Shown here: piece after piece, positions 1-8,576 of the stretch | Layout: each line of letters begins with the position of its first letter | Position numbering within the stretch: the stretch's first letter is position 1 | Assembly (NCBI GenBank): GCA_040384565.1 | Contig: JAZKJC010000009.1 | Coordinates: 1-61,889, forward strand | Length of the DNA stretch: 61,889 bases | Origin: Patescibacteria group bacterium | GTDB taxonomy: Bacteria > Patescibacteriota > Saccharimonadia > Saccharimonadales > JAZKJC01 | Direction: 5' to 3' | The notes under the pieces: model-generated | What the model was told of the DNA's origin: nothing | Database searches by the model: none | What the model saw: the letters and a program-made list of their open reading frames with translations, nothing else | Translations under genes and position numbers: made by a program

Positions 1-123
1 TATGCATCTTATGGAAAAGTGCCAGTGGGTCAGGGTCCGACCTTTAACAGATGGGAAAAATGTGAATTTGTTTGGGGGAGAGAAGGTTGCGGTTTTTTGG
101 AGGATGCAATACAGTTATGGTTA

Positions 124-1236
124 ATGGAAGAGCAAAATATCTGGCGGCGCATTGCTGAATATGTGCGCCATACGCCCTCGCCGCATAATACTCAGCCCTA
201 TCGACTGCATGTTATTAGCGACACAAGTGCTGAAATTGTTTTTTTACCATCACGAGGGCTATTTATCGCTGATCCGGAAGGCCGCTTTACATGGCTAACG
301 GCGGGCATATTTGCTGAGCTTGTAAGCATTGTTGCCCACAGCCTGGGTTATGAAATAGTTACTGACTGGGATTTTAGTCCAATGTACCCAAATGGTGACA
401 CTACTACTGAGCAGGTTATTGCAAAACTTGAACTCCAAAAACACGATAGCGTTTTAAACGATCTGAACCCTACGCTTATTTTGAACCGGCATACGTCCCG
501 ATTACCTTACGATGGCAATATCATCCCAACAGAACTTATTTCTAAACTGCATGCTGAAGCGGAACGCTATGGCCACCGTTTTATGACAAGCACAAAACCA
601 AAAGATATTGAATGGGTTAAAGAACTCAATAAAAACTCGTTATTTTATGATTTGGAGAATATTGGCATACGGGAAGAACTAAAACATTGGCTGCGATACT
701 CCAAAAAAGAAGCTGTAGACAAGAAAGATGGACTTTCGGCGGAATGCCTGGGGATGCCTGGACGCTTGCTCCACAGCTTTTTTTATCATCACAAAATATG
801 GGCTATGCCCGGTCTTAAACAAATTGTTGAACGAATTTATATGAGCACAATGAAAGGGATTGGTACCATTGGTTGGCTGCAAGGGCCCTATGCAACTCGG
901 GCGGATTGGGTAAAGTCGGGCGAGTTAATGATACGACTATGGCTAATATTGACAGAAGCTGGAGTCTATTGGCATCCCTATGGATCAGTCATTACCAATG
1001 ATAAATCACGTGCTGATATGTTGAGGCACATGGGGTTGCATGAAGAGGCAGATGGGAAGAATATGATCTGGTTATTACTCCGGATGGGTTACAGTAAAGA
1101 GCCGCCACATAGTGAACGATTAGCTTTGGAGGAAATCATATTAGACCTCCCCCGCCACCCCTCCTTACCGACACCAGATTTCAGGGCAATCCAGCACTTT
1201 TCTGTCCCAAAAATGGGTAGCGGGAGAGGTCTATGA
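124..1236 (+). CDS. tandem nitroreductase-like (Acg-type) FMN oxidoreductase
   Basis: ORF 19..1236; the likely ATG is at 124 (MEEQNIW). Two nitroreductase-like signatures: RHTPSPHNTQPYRL near the N-terminus and NRHTSRLPYDG mid-protein. The stop overlaps the next start (ATGA at 1233-1236). Confidence 0.55.
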   Translation: MEEQNIWRRIAEYVRHTPSPHNTQPYRLHVISDTSAEIVFLPSRGLFIADPEGRFTWLTAGIFAELVSIVAHSLGYEIVTDWDFSPMYPNGDTTTEQVIAKLELQKHDSVLNDLNPTLILNRHTSRLPYDGNIIPTELISKLHAEAERYGHRFMTSTKPKDIEWVKELNKNSLFYDLENIGIREELKHWLRYSKKEAVDKKDGLSAECLGMPGRLLHSFFYHHKIWAMPGLKQIVERIYMSTMKGIGTIGWLQGPYATRADWVKSGELMIRLWLILTEAGVYWHPYGSVITNDKSRADMLRHMGLHEEADGKNMIWLLLRMGYSKEPPHSERLALEEIILDLPRHPSLPTPDFRAIQHFSVPKMGSGRGL

Positions 1237-2789
1237 ATATATTGGTGCCGGTTGTTCATTTTTTTATTTTCCGCCTCGTTAATATTATAAATTTACTGGA
1301 GCGCTTGTTTGCTAAGTCAGAATCGCTCTATAAATTACTGCTAATTCCGGGATTTGAAACATTCCGTTGGGGGATTGGGGCCTGGCGAGCCTGGTATAAT
1401 TTTGGCCGTGCGTACAAGTCGGTTCCGGCTTACCGCGATTTTATAGATGCTCACGGTGGAAAACCAAGAATTATGCTACGCAACAATATGATGCCAAGCC
1501 TCCAGCTAATTCCGGAAATGGATAAAGTTAACTACATAAAAGTCTATCCCAACGAAGCTAGAGTGCGAGGTGGCAAATTGCCGCGCAAAGGCGTAATGGT
1601 TGACGAATCGTCCGGTAGTAGTGGCAAACCTACCAGCTGGGTGCGCGGACCGGTAGAAAGGGCGCTAACGAAAGAAATGCTGCAGCTCAGTTACCACAGG
1701 GCTATGGGCACAAAGGGTCAGACATTTATTGTGAACGCATTTGCGCTCGGTGCTTGGGCAACTGGGCTAAATGTAACCATGTGTCTCACGGAAATTTCTA
1801 TTATCAAATCTACCGGGCCTGACATAGATAAAATTGTGAACACTTTGCTCGAGTTTGGCCCTGGCTACCACTACATTATTATGGGCTACCCCCCATTCTT
1901 AAAAACGCTGGCCGATGATGAGCGGCTGGACTGGAAACAGTACAAGGCGGATGCAATTTTTGGTGGTGAGGGGATATCGGAGTCTATGCGCGACTACCTG
2001 CTTAAAACATTCAATCAGGTTATAGGCAGCTATGGTGCGTCCGATCTGGAGATAAACGTGGCAGCGGAAAATGCATTTACAATCACGCTAAGACGAATGT
2101 TATTAGAAGACGAAGCAGTCCGGGAAGCACTGACATTTACTGATTTTGGGGTGACGCCAATGGTATTCCAATATAATCCATTGGCTTACTACATGGAAAC
2201 CAATGACAAAGCCGAGTTATTAGTAACACTTTGTCGCCCCACCAACATTGCACCTAAAATTCGATATAATATTCATGATCGTGGTCATGTGCTCAGGTAC
2301 GAACTGCTCAAGAAAAAATTAAAAGAGATTGGTAAATGGGATAAGTTTAAGGACTTACCTGGGAAAGTTGATCTGCCAATACTATTCTTGTACGGACGTT
2401 CGGATATGTCAGTAGATTATTACGGCGCAAACGTAACGCCAGATAGCATAAGAGAAATCCTGTATGGCATTAAAGATCTGGCGTCCAAGCTAAGTACTTT
2501 CCGGTTGCTTTCTTATGAGAATAAAAAAAGCGACAAGCTTATGCATATAGCCATAGAACTTTGCAAAGACAAAACAGACAATTATGACCATAAAAATCTT
2601 GCCGAAGAAGTGCTCACCAAATTGGCTGCGATCAACAAAGATTTCTACAATGCTTATTACCACACTGCTACAGCAGATCAACACCCTAAAGTGAGTATTC
2701 ACGAGTACGGCACGGGCCCGTTTGCGGGTGGTCAACGCAAGCTCAAAAACGAGTATGTTGCGACAGAACTAAAGTATGACAAGCTTTAG
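1233..2789 (+). CDS. adenylate-forming enzyme, phenylacetate-CoA ligase / coenzyme F390 synthetase-like
   Basis: 518-aa ORF with the AMP-binding P-loop-like motif DESSGSSGKPTSW. Size and layout fit the PaaK/CapK/F390-synthetase family. Confidence 0.6.
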   Translation: MNILVPVVHFFIFRLVNIINLLERLFAKSESLYKLLLIPGFETFRWGIGAWRAWYNFGRAYKSVPAYRDFIDAHGGKPRIMLRNNMMPSLQLIPEMDKVNYIKVYPNEARVRGGKLPRKGVMVDESSGSSGKPTSWVRGPVERALTKEMLQLSYHRAMGTKGQTFIVNAFALGAWATGLNVTMCLTEISIIKSTGPDIDKIVNTLLEFGPGYHYIIMGYPPFLKTLADDERLDWKQYKADAIFGGEGISESMRDYLLKTFNQVIGSYGASDLEINVAAENAFTITLRRMLLEDEAVREALTFTDFGVTPMVFQYNPLAYYMETNDKAELLVTLCRPTNIAPKIRYNIHDRGHVLRYELLKKKLKEIGKWDKFKDLPGKVDLPILFLYGRSDMSVDYYGANVTPDSIREILYGIKDLASKLSTFRLLSYENKKSDKLMHIAIELCKDKTDNYDHKNLAEEVLTKLAAINKDFYNAYYHTATADQHPKVSIHEYGTGPFAGGQRKLKNEYVATELKYDKL

Positions 2790-2819
2790 AATATAAGACT
2801 TGACCCGTATAATACGCAA

Positions 2820-3197
2820 ATGATTGAAGTTACTGACGACCAGTTTGAGCATTTAATAAACGAATCAATGGACGAGTTACCTCAAGAGTATATTCGGAAC
2901 ATGAAAAATGTCGCGGTGACTTTTGCGGATGAGCCAAGCCCTGAACAGCTGCAAAAGCAAAAATTGCACCATGGACAAACCTTACTTGGGTTATATGAGG
3001 GTATTCCATTGACCAAAAGGGGCGCAGGCTACAGCTTGGTTTTGCCAGATAAAATAACACTTTTTAAGGGCCCACTCAGCCGCTACAGTTTTGACCATGC
3101 AGGGTTTAAGAAACAGATTAAACATACTTTGTGGCATGAAATAGCCCATCATTTTGGCCTGGACCATGACCGCATTCGCGAGCTTGAAAACAAGTGA
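2820..3197 (+). CDS. zincin-like metallopeptidase (DUF1025-type)
   Basis: 125-aa ORF with the C-terminal HExxH motif LWHEIAHHFGLDHDRI and a typical small acidic N-terminus. Confidence 0.7.
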   Translation: MIEVTDDQFEHLINESMDELPQEYIRNMKNVAVTFADEPSPEQLQKQKLHHGQTLLGLYEGIPLTKRGAGYSLVLPDKITLFKGPLSRYSFDHAGFKKQIKHTLWHEIAHHFGLDHDRIRELENK

Positions 3198-3212
3198 GGG
3201 TCTCTAGTAAAA

Positions 3213-4175
3213 TTACGAACGAGCAAGTTTGCGTTTACGGTAAAGCATTACCATAGCTCCGTTGGCAAGCATAATACCTGCTAGCAAACCAAGCACAAAC
3301 AGCAGATTTGTGCCAACACCCAAGGTTGCCTTAAGCAAAACGCACAATTTGTATAATCCAAAAACATAAACACTCAACACCAACGAGCCAATTAATAAAA
3401 ACACCACAGCCTGTTTATTTACTAGTTGGCGGCTTCTTCCGAAAGCTTCGGTCAATAAATATTGAGGTTCAAATAGCGCTACATAAGGGACGAGACTGTA
3501 TTTTATCAAGCCAACAATTAACCAGACAATCGCAAATGTGCTAACAGCTATTAAGGCTCGGTTGGACAAAACAACAATATCAGAAAACCATTTTACGTAG
3601 AGATACACAGGCATGAATACAGCAAACATCCGTGCAAAATGGACTATCCCCAGCAGGAACCATGCGCTGGTCAGGCGGCTAGCAGCACCCAATGCTCGTT
3701 TAAATGTAGTCCGGATTGTCCGATAAACTTTGCGGTTTGCACCATCCATAACTGCAAGTGATAAAAAGTTGAGAGTAGCTGCCGCCAGTAACATGCAAAA
3801 TAGAATCACTAGAGGTCCAGCTACCAGCAGCAATAATCCCATATCAACATCAGTTGCTTCAGACATGGCATAGGTTGCATTTGATAAGGCCACCACAAAC
3901 TCTACGGCAATTACAGAGCAAGCATAAACTAATAAAAAGCCACTGATTACAGAGGCGAGCACAATATCCTCGTTCTGAGCGGATGCTCGCCGTAAATCAC
4001 TAAATGCTTTAGGTAAAAAGTAATGTTGGCGCGAAGCCTTAAGTAGATAACGTTTAATAGACTTAATCCGTGAACTTACCAGCCTGCTAAACCTCTTACG
4101 AGCCTGTTTAAATTTTCCCAAAGACGGTTTACCGCGTAGTGGGGTAGGAAAAGTAAGAATTTGAGGTACAGACAT
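3213..4175 (-). CDS. polytopic membrane protein, unknown function
   Basis: 320-aa ORF with a basic N-terminus followed by several long hydrophobic segments. Confidence 0.5.
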   Translation of the reverse strand: MSVPQILTFPTPLRGKPSLGKFKQARKRFSRLVSSRIKSIKRYLLKASRQHYFLPKAFSDLRRASAQNEDIVLASVISGFLLVYACSVIAVEFVVALSNATYAMSEATDVDMGLLLLVAGPLVILFCMLLAAATLNFLSLAVMDGANRKVYRTIRTTFKRALGAASRLTSAWFLLGIVHFARMFAVFMPVYLYVKWFSDIVVLSNRALIAVSTFAIVWLIVGLIKYSLVPYVALFEPQYLLTEAFGRSRQLVNKQAVVFLLIGSLVLSVYVFGLYKLCVLLKATLGVGTNLLFVLGLLAGIMLANGAMVMLYRKRKLARS

Positions 4176-4311
4176 AGTTAATTGACTTTCCTATAAATAC
4201 AAAAAAACACCCTAAAAGCAAGACGCGGATCCAGATTTCGTAGTTTGAAAACAGCCGACCCATTCATATATTGCATTATAGCACATTGTTGAGCAATAAT
4301 CAATACTATTT

Positions 4312-5568
4312 TTATAGTATAATAGATTTGGCTGACTTTATTGTGTCAGAGCTGGCATGCTGGCGCCGGGCCATTACAATAAATGGCAAGGCCAAGAGGT
4401 TAACAGCTGCGCTCAAAACGTAGGAGGTTCCATAGTTCCAGACATCGGCAGATTTACCAAGCAGGGGCTGTATTGCCACCGCTCCTGAAGAGCTGAGCAA
4501 ATTATCAGAAGATAAAACTGTTGCCCGCTGGGCAGATGGTATTAGTGCGTTAATGTAGGCTTGTCGTACTGGGATGCTGGCTGCAAACAGAATCCCCCAG
4601 ATTGCAAGTACAACTAGGACCAGCCAAAAGTTACCTATAATACCAGTTAAGGCCAGTGCGACAGCACTGAGCAGTGTAGTACCAAAAAGAATTGTCGTAC
4701 GCCTTGAAAACATTTTTTGGAAGTGAGGGACTAAAAAGCCACCGGCAATTTGGGCACTGGCCACGAGGGCTGCCCCGATACCGGCAATAGCAAAGGAACC
4801 GCCATTGCCATAAAGTTCCAGCAGGTATGGTTGCATTGCGTAAAAACCATAAAAACCAACGCCAGCGCCAAAAGGCGCGGCCAGCATTAGCCAGCGGACT
4901 GGAGGGTTTTTGAAACCGTGGTCCAGGGAAGACTTAAATACGGAACGCATTTCCTTTAATGCGGAAGCACTTTTATGCGGCTTAAATCCGATATCTTTCA
5001 TGAGCATGAAAGTTACTCCAAAAGTTATAGCCAACACCAAAGCCCGCAAAAGGTATGGGACACCCAAATTAGTTACTTGAGCTATAACTCCTCCCATTAC
5101 CGTTCCACTGAGCATAGCTACACCAGCGGCTATCTGGCCCTTGGCAAAGGCTTGCTCCAGAGTACCTTTATATTTTGTATGGTTGAGGGCGTCAACCAGC
5201 CAAGCCTCGGTTGCTCCGGAGAAAAATGTAAAGCCCAGCCCCAGAAACATCGATGATAACGCCCAGGCCCAAAACGGTCCGTTTATATGCCATAAAAACA
5301 AATAGATTAAAGTTGAAACACATAAAGTAGCTGTCCCAAGCAAATAAGAAGCACGACGGCCAATAGTGTCTGCCACTACTCCAGTGGGAATCTCAAATAT
5401 AACTTGCCCAAGCGTAAAGAAAGCATTAGCCGCGAATGCCGCAGTGATACTAAGGCCAGCATCCAGCAAGAAGAGTGTATTAACACCCCAGATCAGCGAA
5501 GAAGCGAACGTCGATAATAAAGTTAGTGTCACATATGTCTTCAGGATTTTTTGAGAGGTAGGAATCAT
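4312..5568 (-). CDS. MFS transporter
   Basis: About 12 hydrophobic segments and the MFS loop motif GVVADTIGRR. The ATG at 5568 (MIPTSQ) is preferred over the TTG at 5598. Confidence 0.75.
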   Translation of the reverse strand: MIPTSQKILKTYVTLTLLSTFASSLIWGVNTLFLLDAGLSITAAFAANAFFTLGQVIFEIPTGVVADTIGRRASYLLGTATLCVSTLIYLFLWHINGPFWAWALSSMFLGLGFTFFSGATEAWLVDALNHTKYKGTLEQAFAKGQIAAGVAMLSGTVMGGVIAQVTNLGVPYLLRALVLAITFGVTFMLMKDIGFKPHKSASALKEMRSVFKSSLDHGFKNPPVRWLMLAAPFGAGVGFYGFYAMQPYLLELYGNGGSFAIAGIGAALVASAQIAGGFLVPHFQKMFSRRTTILFGTTLLSAVALALTGIIGNFWLVLVVLAIWGILFAASIPVRQAYINALIPSAQRATVLSSDNLLSSSGAVAIQPLLGKSADVWNYGTSYVLSAAVNLLALPFIVMARRQHASSDTIKSAKSIIL

Positions 5569-5653
5569 AGTTACTTCTATTGTAACTCTAACTGACAAAA
5601 GATTACATCAACACTGACTCACACTCACGTTTTCACTCTCAAGGGGCGTTCCG

Positions 5654-5703
5654 CGCAGTGTAAATTTGCTTGAAGCCAAATTTACTCTGGTTGCACTCAG
5701 CAA
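5654..5703. repeat. 50-nt hairpin repeat, copy 1
   Basis: 47/50 identical to 37555-37604. Internal inverted repeat: CAGTGTAAATTTGC / GCCAAATTTACTCTG. Confidence 0.8.
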
Positions 5704-5768
5704 TGACCCTTTCAATCAAAAAAGTGACTGTGAGTCAGGCATCAAAAAGATTTGTTATTATTAAAGTA

Positions 5769-6266
5769 ATGGCTAATTATAAAGGGCATATTGCAGGGGC
5801 AGTTGGTGTGAATGCGCTTTTTGTTGTTGGCATGGGCCTGCTGCCGGGTGAAGCCTTTGCCTTAACAGGCGGTTTATTTAGTAGTTGGCAGTTTGTAGCG
5901 TTTTTGTTTTTTATAGCAATGCTTTTTGGTTTGTGGCCAGATATAGATACTAACTCCAAGGGCCAGGATATATTCTTTGGAGCAGGTTTTTTGCTCGATA
6001 TTGTGCTTATTTGGCAAGGCTATATTGAGCTTGCAGCGTACCTGGGCCTTTTGGCAATGACCCCAATAATTGGCAAGCATCGTGGCTGGACACATAGTAA
6101 GTGGGCGATGTTTCTGGTGCCGTTTCCCATAGTACTTGTTTCTTATCTTTACCGCGACACTGTGCTGCCTGCAGCTCTAATTATTTACGGCGCGGCTTTT
6201 GGCGGCTATTTTAGCCACCTACTCTTAGATGGCCGTATTACTCGTTATATTCGCTTCAAAACCTAA
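5769..6266 (+). CDS. YdjM/DUF457-like membrane-bound metal-dependent hydrolase
   Basis: Hydrophobic protein with WPDIDT and HRGWTHS motifs. The start is taken at ATG 5769, because the upstream part of the ORF is repeat sequence. Confidence 0.6.
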   Translation: MANYKGHIAGAVGVNALFVVGMGLLPGEAFALTGGLFSSWQFVAFLFFIAMLFGLWPDIDTNSKGQDIFFGAGFLLDIVLIWQGYIELAAYLGLLAMTPIIGKHRGWTHSKWAMFLVPFPIVLVSYLYRDTVLPAALIIYGAAFGGYFSHLLLDGRITRYIRFKT

Positions 6267-6354
6267 AATGGCTCTTGACATTCTTTTAAGTTCATAGTTA
6301 GATAGAGATACAATTTAGTTGCGTTATGGATGGAGGTTGGGTTCTCGGATAAAG

Positions 6355-6429
6355 CACGAGCGTTATAGCCCGTGTTTTTTTGTTTCTGCGCAAATTTTAA
6401 AACACGGGCAATTAAAGCCCGTGTTTTTT
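6355..6429 (+). promoter_or_regulatory. tandem intrinsic terminators with a shared swap segment (attenuator-like leader)
   Basis: T1 is CACGAGC/GCCCGTG followed by T7 (6355-6381). T2 is AAAACACGGGC/GCCCGTGTTTT followed by a T-run (6399-6429). Segment 6368-6378 can alternatively pair with 6399-6409. Confidence 0.5.
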
Positions 6430-6472
6430 ATTAAGAACGCTATGCGGGCGGCGTGCAGAATAGGAGAACAAA

Positions 6473-7666
6473 ATGAGCGTACCAAAAGGTATGGTTGAGC
6501 GGCAGCCTATAGAACTGCCGGTAATTTTACAAAGTGAACATAACATTCCGGGCCAGGTAGTCACTGGTACGGTTCTACGAAATAAAGGAGATGGCTGGGT
6601 CGAAAATACTTGGGCTAACCGTCAACTTTCCGGGTCAATCATCCAAATGCGTCGGCGCAATGGGCACTATTACCACGAATTTGTGCCTGTTGATAACGCG
6701 CTTGTACAAGGCGATCAAGTCCATTTGCAAATGCAAGCAGAAATAGAGCGTCTAGCTGGCTGGTACGACCAAACTGGTGAACGTCAAGATGGTGAGGTTG
6801 ATCAACTACGCCGAAACCATAAGCTATTGTCTGACTGGCTCACGCTAACACAAGCTGACAAAGACGATATTTCCTGGGATTTTGCCAATATGGCAGATGT
6901 CCGTGCCGGGGCTAGAAATCCGTTTAATCTTACCGTCGGTAGCATTGCCGACCGTGCCCGTGGGCTGAAAGACCGCACGGGCCGGCAAAACCCCGGAGCA
7001 ATCAGGGCAATGATGCTGCGGATGCACAAGGATTTAGCAGGACGTCACGAAGAGGTGGCCGGAAACATACTGGTCAACCATTCCCGAGGCAACCGCTTAC
7101 ATCATGAGTGGCTGTTTCATGAAAATGAGATTTTAGCGCAGTGCCACAACATTATGGAAAGGCTATTAGTCAGCCAAAGCGACAGTGATCTGTTTGCTCT
7201 CAGAGGCATGGCACCCCATGTACGTTTTAGAGTAAAACCTTTCAATCTCATGGCTCATGAAATTGCCTCAAACGGCGGTGAAATAAGCGATGAACAGGTA
7301 GTTGTAAATGCCCTGGCAGCCTTGCAGTTTGAACGGTTTAAAAACTATCTGCTTAGTCCATTCCGTCGGGTAACTGCCGAGCCCAAAAAACGTCCGCCTT
7401 CTTATGTAAAGCCAGATGATGAGCCCCTGGACCTAGCACTGCAGCGCCGTCTGATTGCACTGGAATCAATGGACGCGCCAGGTGCCACTGGCCGGCTAGT
7501 AAGTCGGCTAATACGCTTAGGTGAAGCAGTAATCCGTGCTAAAGAGCTGGGTGACAATGAGCAGGCCAAAAAGATCGGCAAAGCGTTCAAATGGCTGGTG
7601 AATTACCACTGTCTGCCGGAGGCTGACCTGGAAACAGAGGTATGGCACCAGCACCAGCTTAGATAA
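6473..7666 (+). CDS. hypothetical protein (orphan, Arg-rich, soluble)
   Basis: 397-aa ORF preceded by the AGGAGAA SD. It looks more GC-rich than its neighbours by eye. I recognise no motif. Confidence 0.6.
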   Translation: MSVPKGMVERQPIELPVILQSEHNIPGQVVTGTVLRNKGDGWVENTWANRQLSGSIIQMRRRNGHYYHEFVPVDNALVQGDQVHLQMQAEIERLAGWYDQTGERQDGEVDQLRRNHKLLSDWLTLTQADKDDISWDFANMADVRAGARNPFNLTVGSIADRARGLKDRTGRQNPGAIRAMMLRMHKDLAGRHEEVAGNILVNHSRGNRLHHEWLFHENEILAQCHNIMERLLVSQSDSDLFALRGMAPHVRFRVKPFNLMAHEIASNGGEISDEQVVVNALAALQFERFKNYLLSPFRRVTAEPKKRPPSYVKPDDEPLDLALQRRLIALESMDAPGATGRLVSRLIRLGEAVIRAKELGDNEQAKKIGKAFKWLVNYHCLPEADLETEVWHQHQLR

Positions 7667-7677
7667 TGTACAAAAAA

Positions 7678-7703
7678 AGACCAGGCAAGTTAATACCTGG
7701 TCT
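7678..7703. terminator. bidirectional intrinsic terminator
   Basis: Stem AGACCAGG/CCTGGTCT with a 10-nt loop. An A7 run precedes it (a T7 run on the minus strand) and TTTC follows it on the plus strand. Confidence 0.6.
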
Positions 7704-7722
7704 TTCAGCTCTTTGACATTAA

Positions 7723-7878
7723 TCAAATACGGTTTTTATCGCTGCTGTCCATTTCCATGGCCATCATAATCAGCTCTTCTCGGCTGAGTGAGGGATCATC
7801 AGTCCCTACATACTCTGCCAGCTCCTCGCGGCTCATGGTATAGAACTTATCTCTATTTTCTTGATCATCGTGTGACAT
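7723..7878 (-). CDS. small acidic hypothetical protein (51 aa)
   Basis: Hand translation: MSHDDQENRDKFYTMSREELAEYVGTDDPSLSREELIMMAMEMDSSDKNRI. An AAGGAG SD lies 6 nt upstream. The ORF ends just before the hairpin at 7678-7703, which has a T7 run on this strand. Confidence 0.4.
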   Translation of the reverse strand: MSHDDQENRDKFYTMSREELAEYVGTDDPSLSREELIMMAMEMDSSDKNRI

Positions 7879-8144
7879 GCTTTACTCCTTCTTAAGTTGA
7901 TTAAGGGCACCTATAACTTAACAACATAAGTCCATGCCGTCAGCTAGATAACTAACATCTAAGTTGTTCGCCCTTGATTAGCATACCCATGATAAATTGC
8001 TTTTTGGATTGTCAGGCTTGATGGTTTTTGTTCCAGATCTTTTAGAATTTACGGAGTATATCTGGATACATATAGTAAATTATGGAAGATATGGGACAAA
8101 AAGGGCGAGCCTGGGAACCGGAAAGTAGTTTGTTATGGGTATAT

Positions 8145-8504
8145 CTAAATAATAAGCAAGGTAACAGCTATGAGGGCAGGGATTGTTTGGGCAAATAAGA
8201 TTTTTCGTTCTACGGTTATCGCGCCGTAAATTCCTGCTATTACTACGCAGATGAGAAAAAATGTTGCAACATTCTGCGACCAGGCAACATTTTTTATAAG
8301 AAGTGACCAGATAAGCCCGGCAGCTAAGAACCCATTGTAAAGCCCCTGGTTTGCAGCCAGCACTTTAGTAATCTTAAAAAAGCTCTCATTAAGCTTAGGA
8401 AAAGCTTTTGGTCCCCGTGATGTCCAGGCAAACATTTCTAGCCATAAAAAATAGATATGTCCGACGGCAATTATGCCTATAAGTAGCTTTGTTGCCGTAT
8501 CCAT
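8145..8504 (-). CDS. DUF1304 family membrane protein
   Basis: Motifs GHIYFLWLEMFAW and ANQGLYNGFLAAGL. The start is taken at ATG 8504. Confidence 0.7.
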   Translation of the reverse strand: MDTATKLLIGIIAVGHIYFLWLEMFAWTSRGPKAFPKLNESFFKITKVLAANQGLYNGFLAAGLIWSLLIKNVAWSQNVATFFLICVVIAGIYGAITVERKILFAQTIPALIAVTLLII

Positions 8505-8576
8505 TACGTAATAGTAACACAACCAAGTCGCACCACTAGCGGCATGCTTTTTGCCCGCCAAACTACACAGGCACTC

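Noticed and set aside
5670-5768. N-terminal extension of the YdjM-like ORF (MKPNLLWLHSA...), together with track ORFs 37463..37651 and 40041..40223.
   Set aside because: The shared PNLLWLHSA-type peptide comes from translating the dispersed 50-nt repeat. These stretches are non-coding repeat sequence.
6326-6352. Leader minipeptide MDGGWVLG as the sensor of the attenuator-like leader.
   Set aside because: It has no SD in front of the ATG, only a single Trp codon, and nothing linking the downstream gene to an amino-acid pathway. It is mentioned as a possibility only and not called as a feature.
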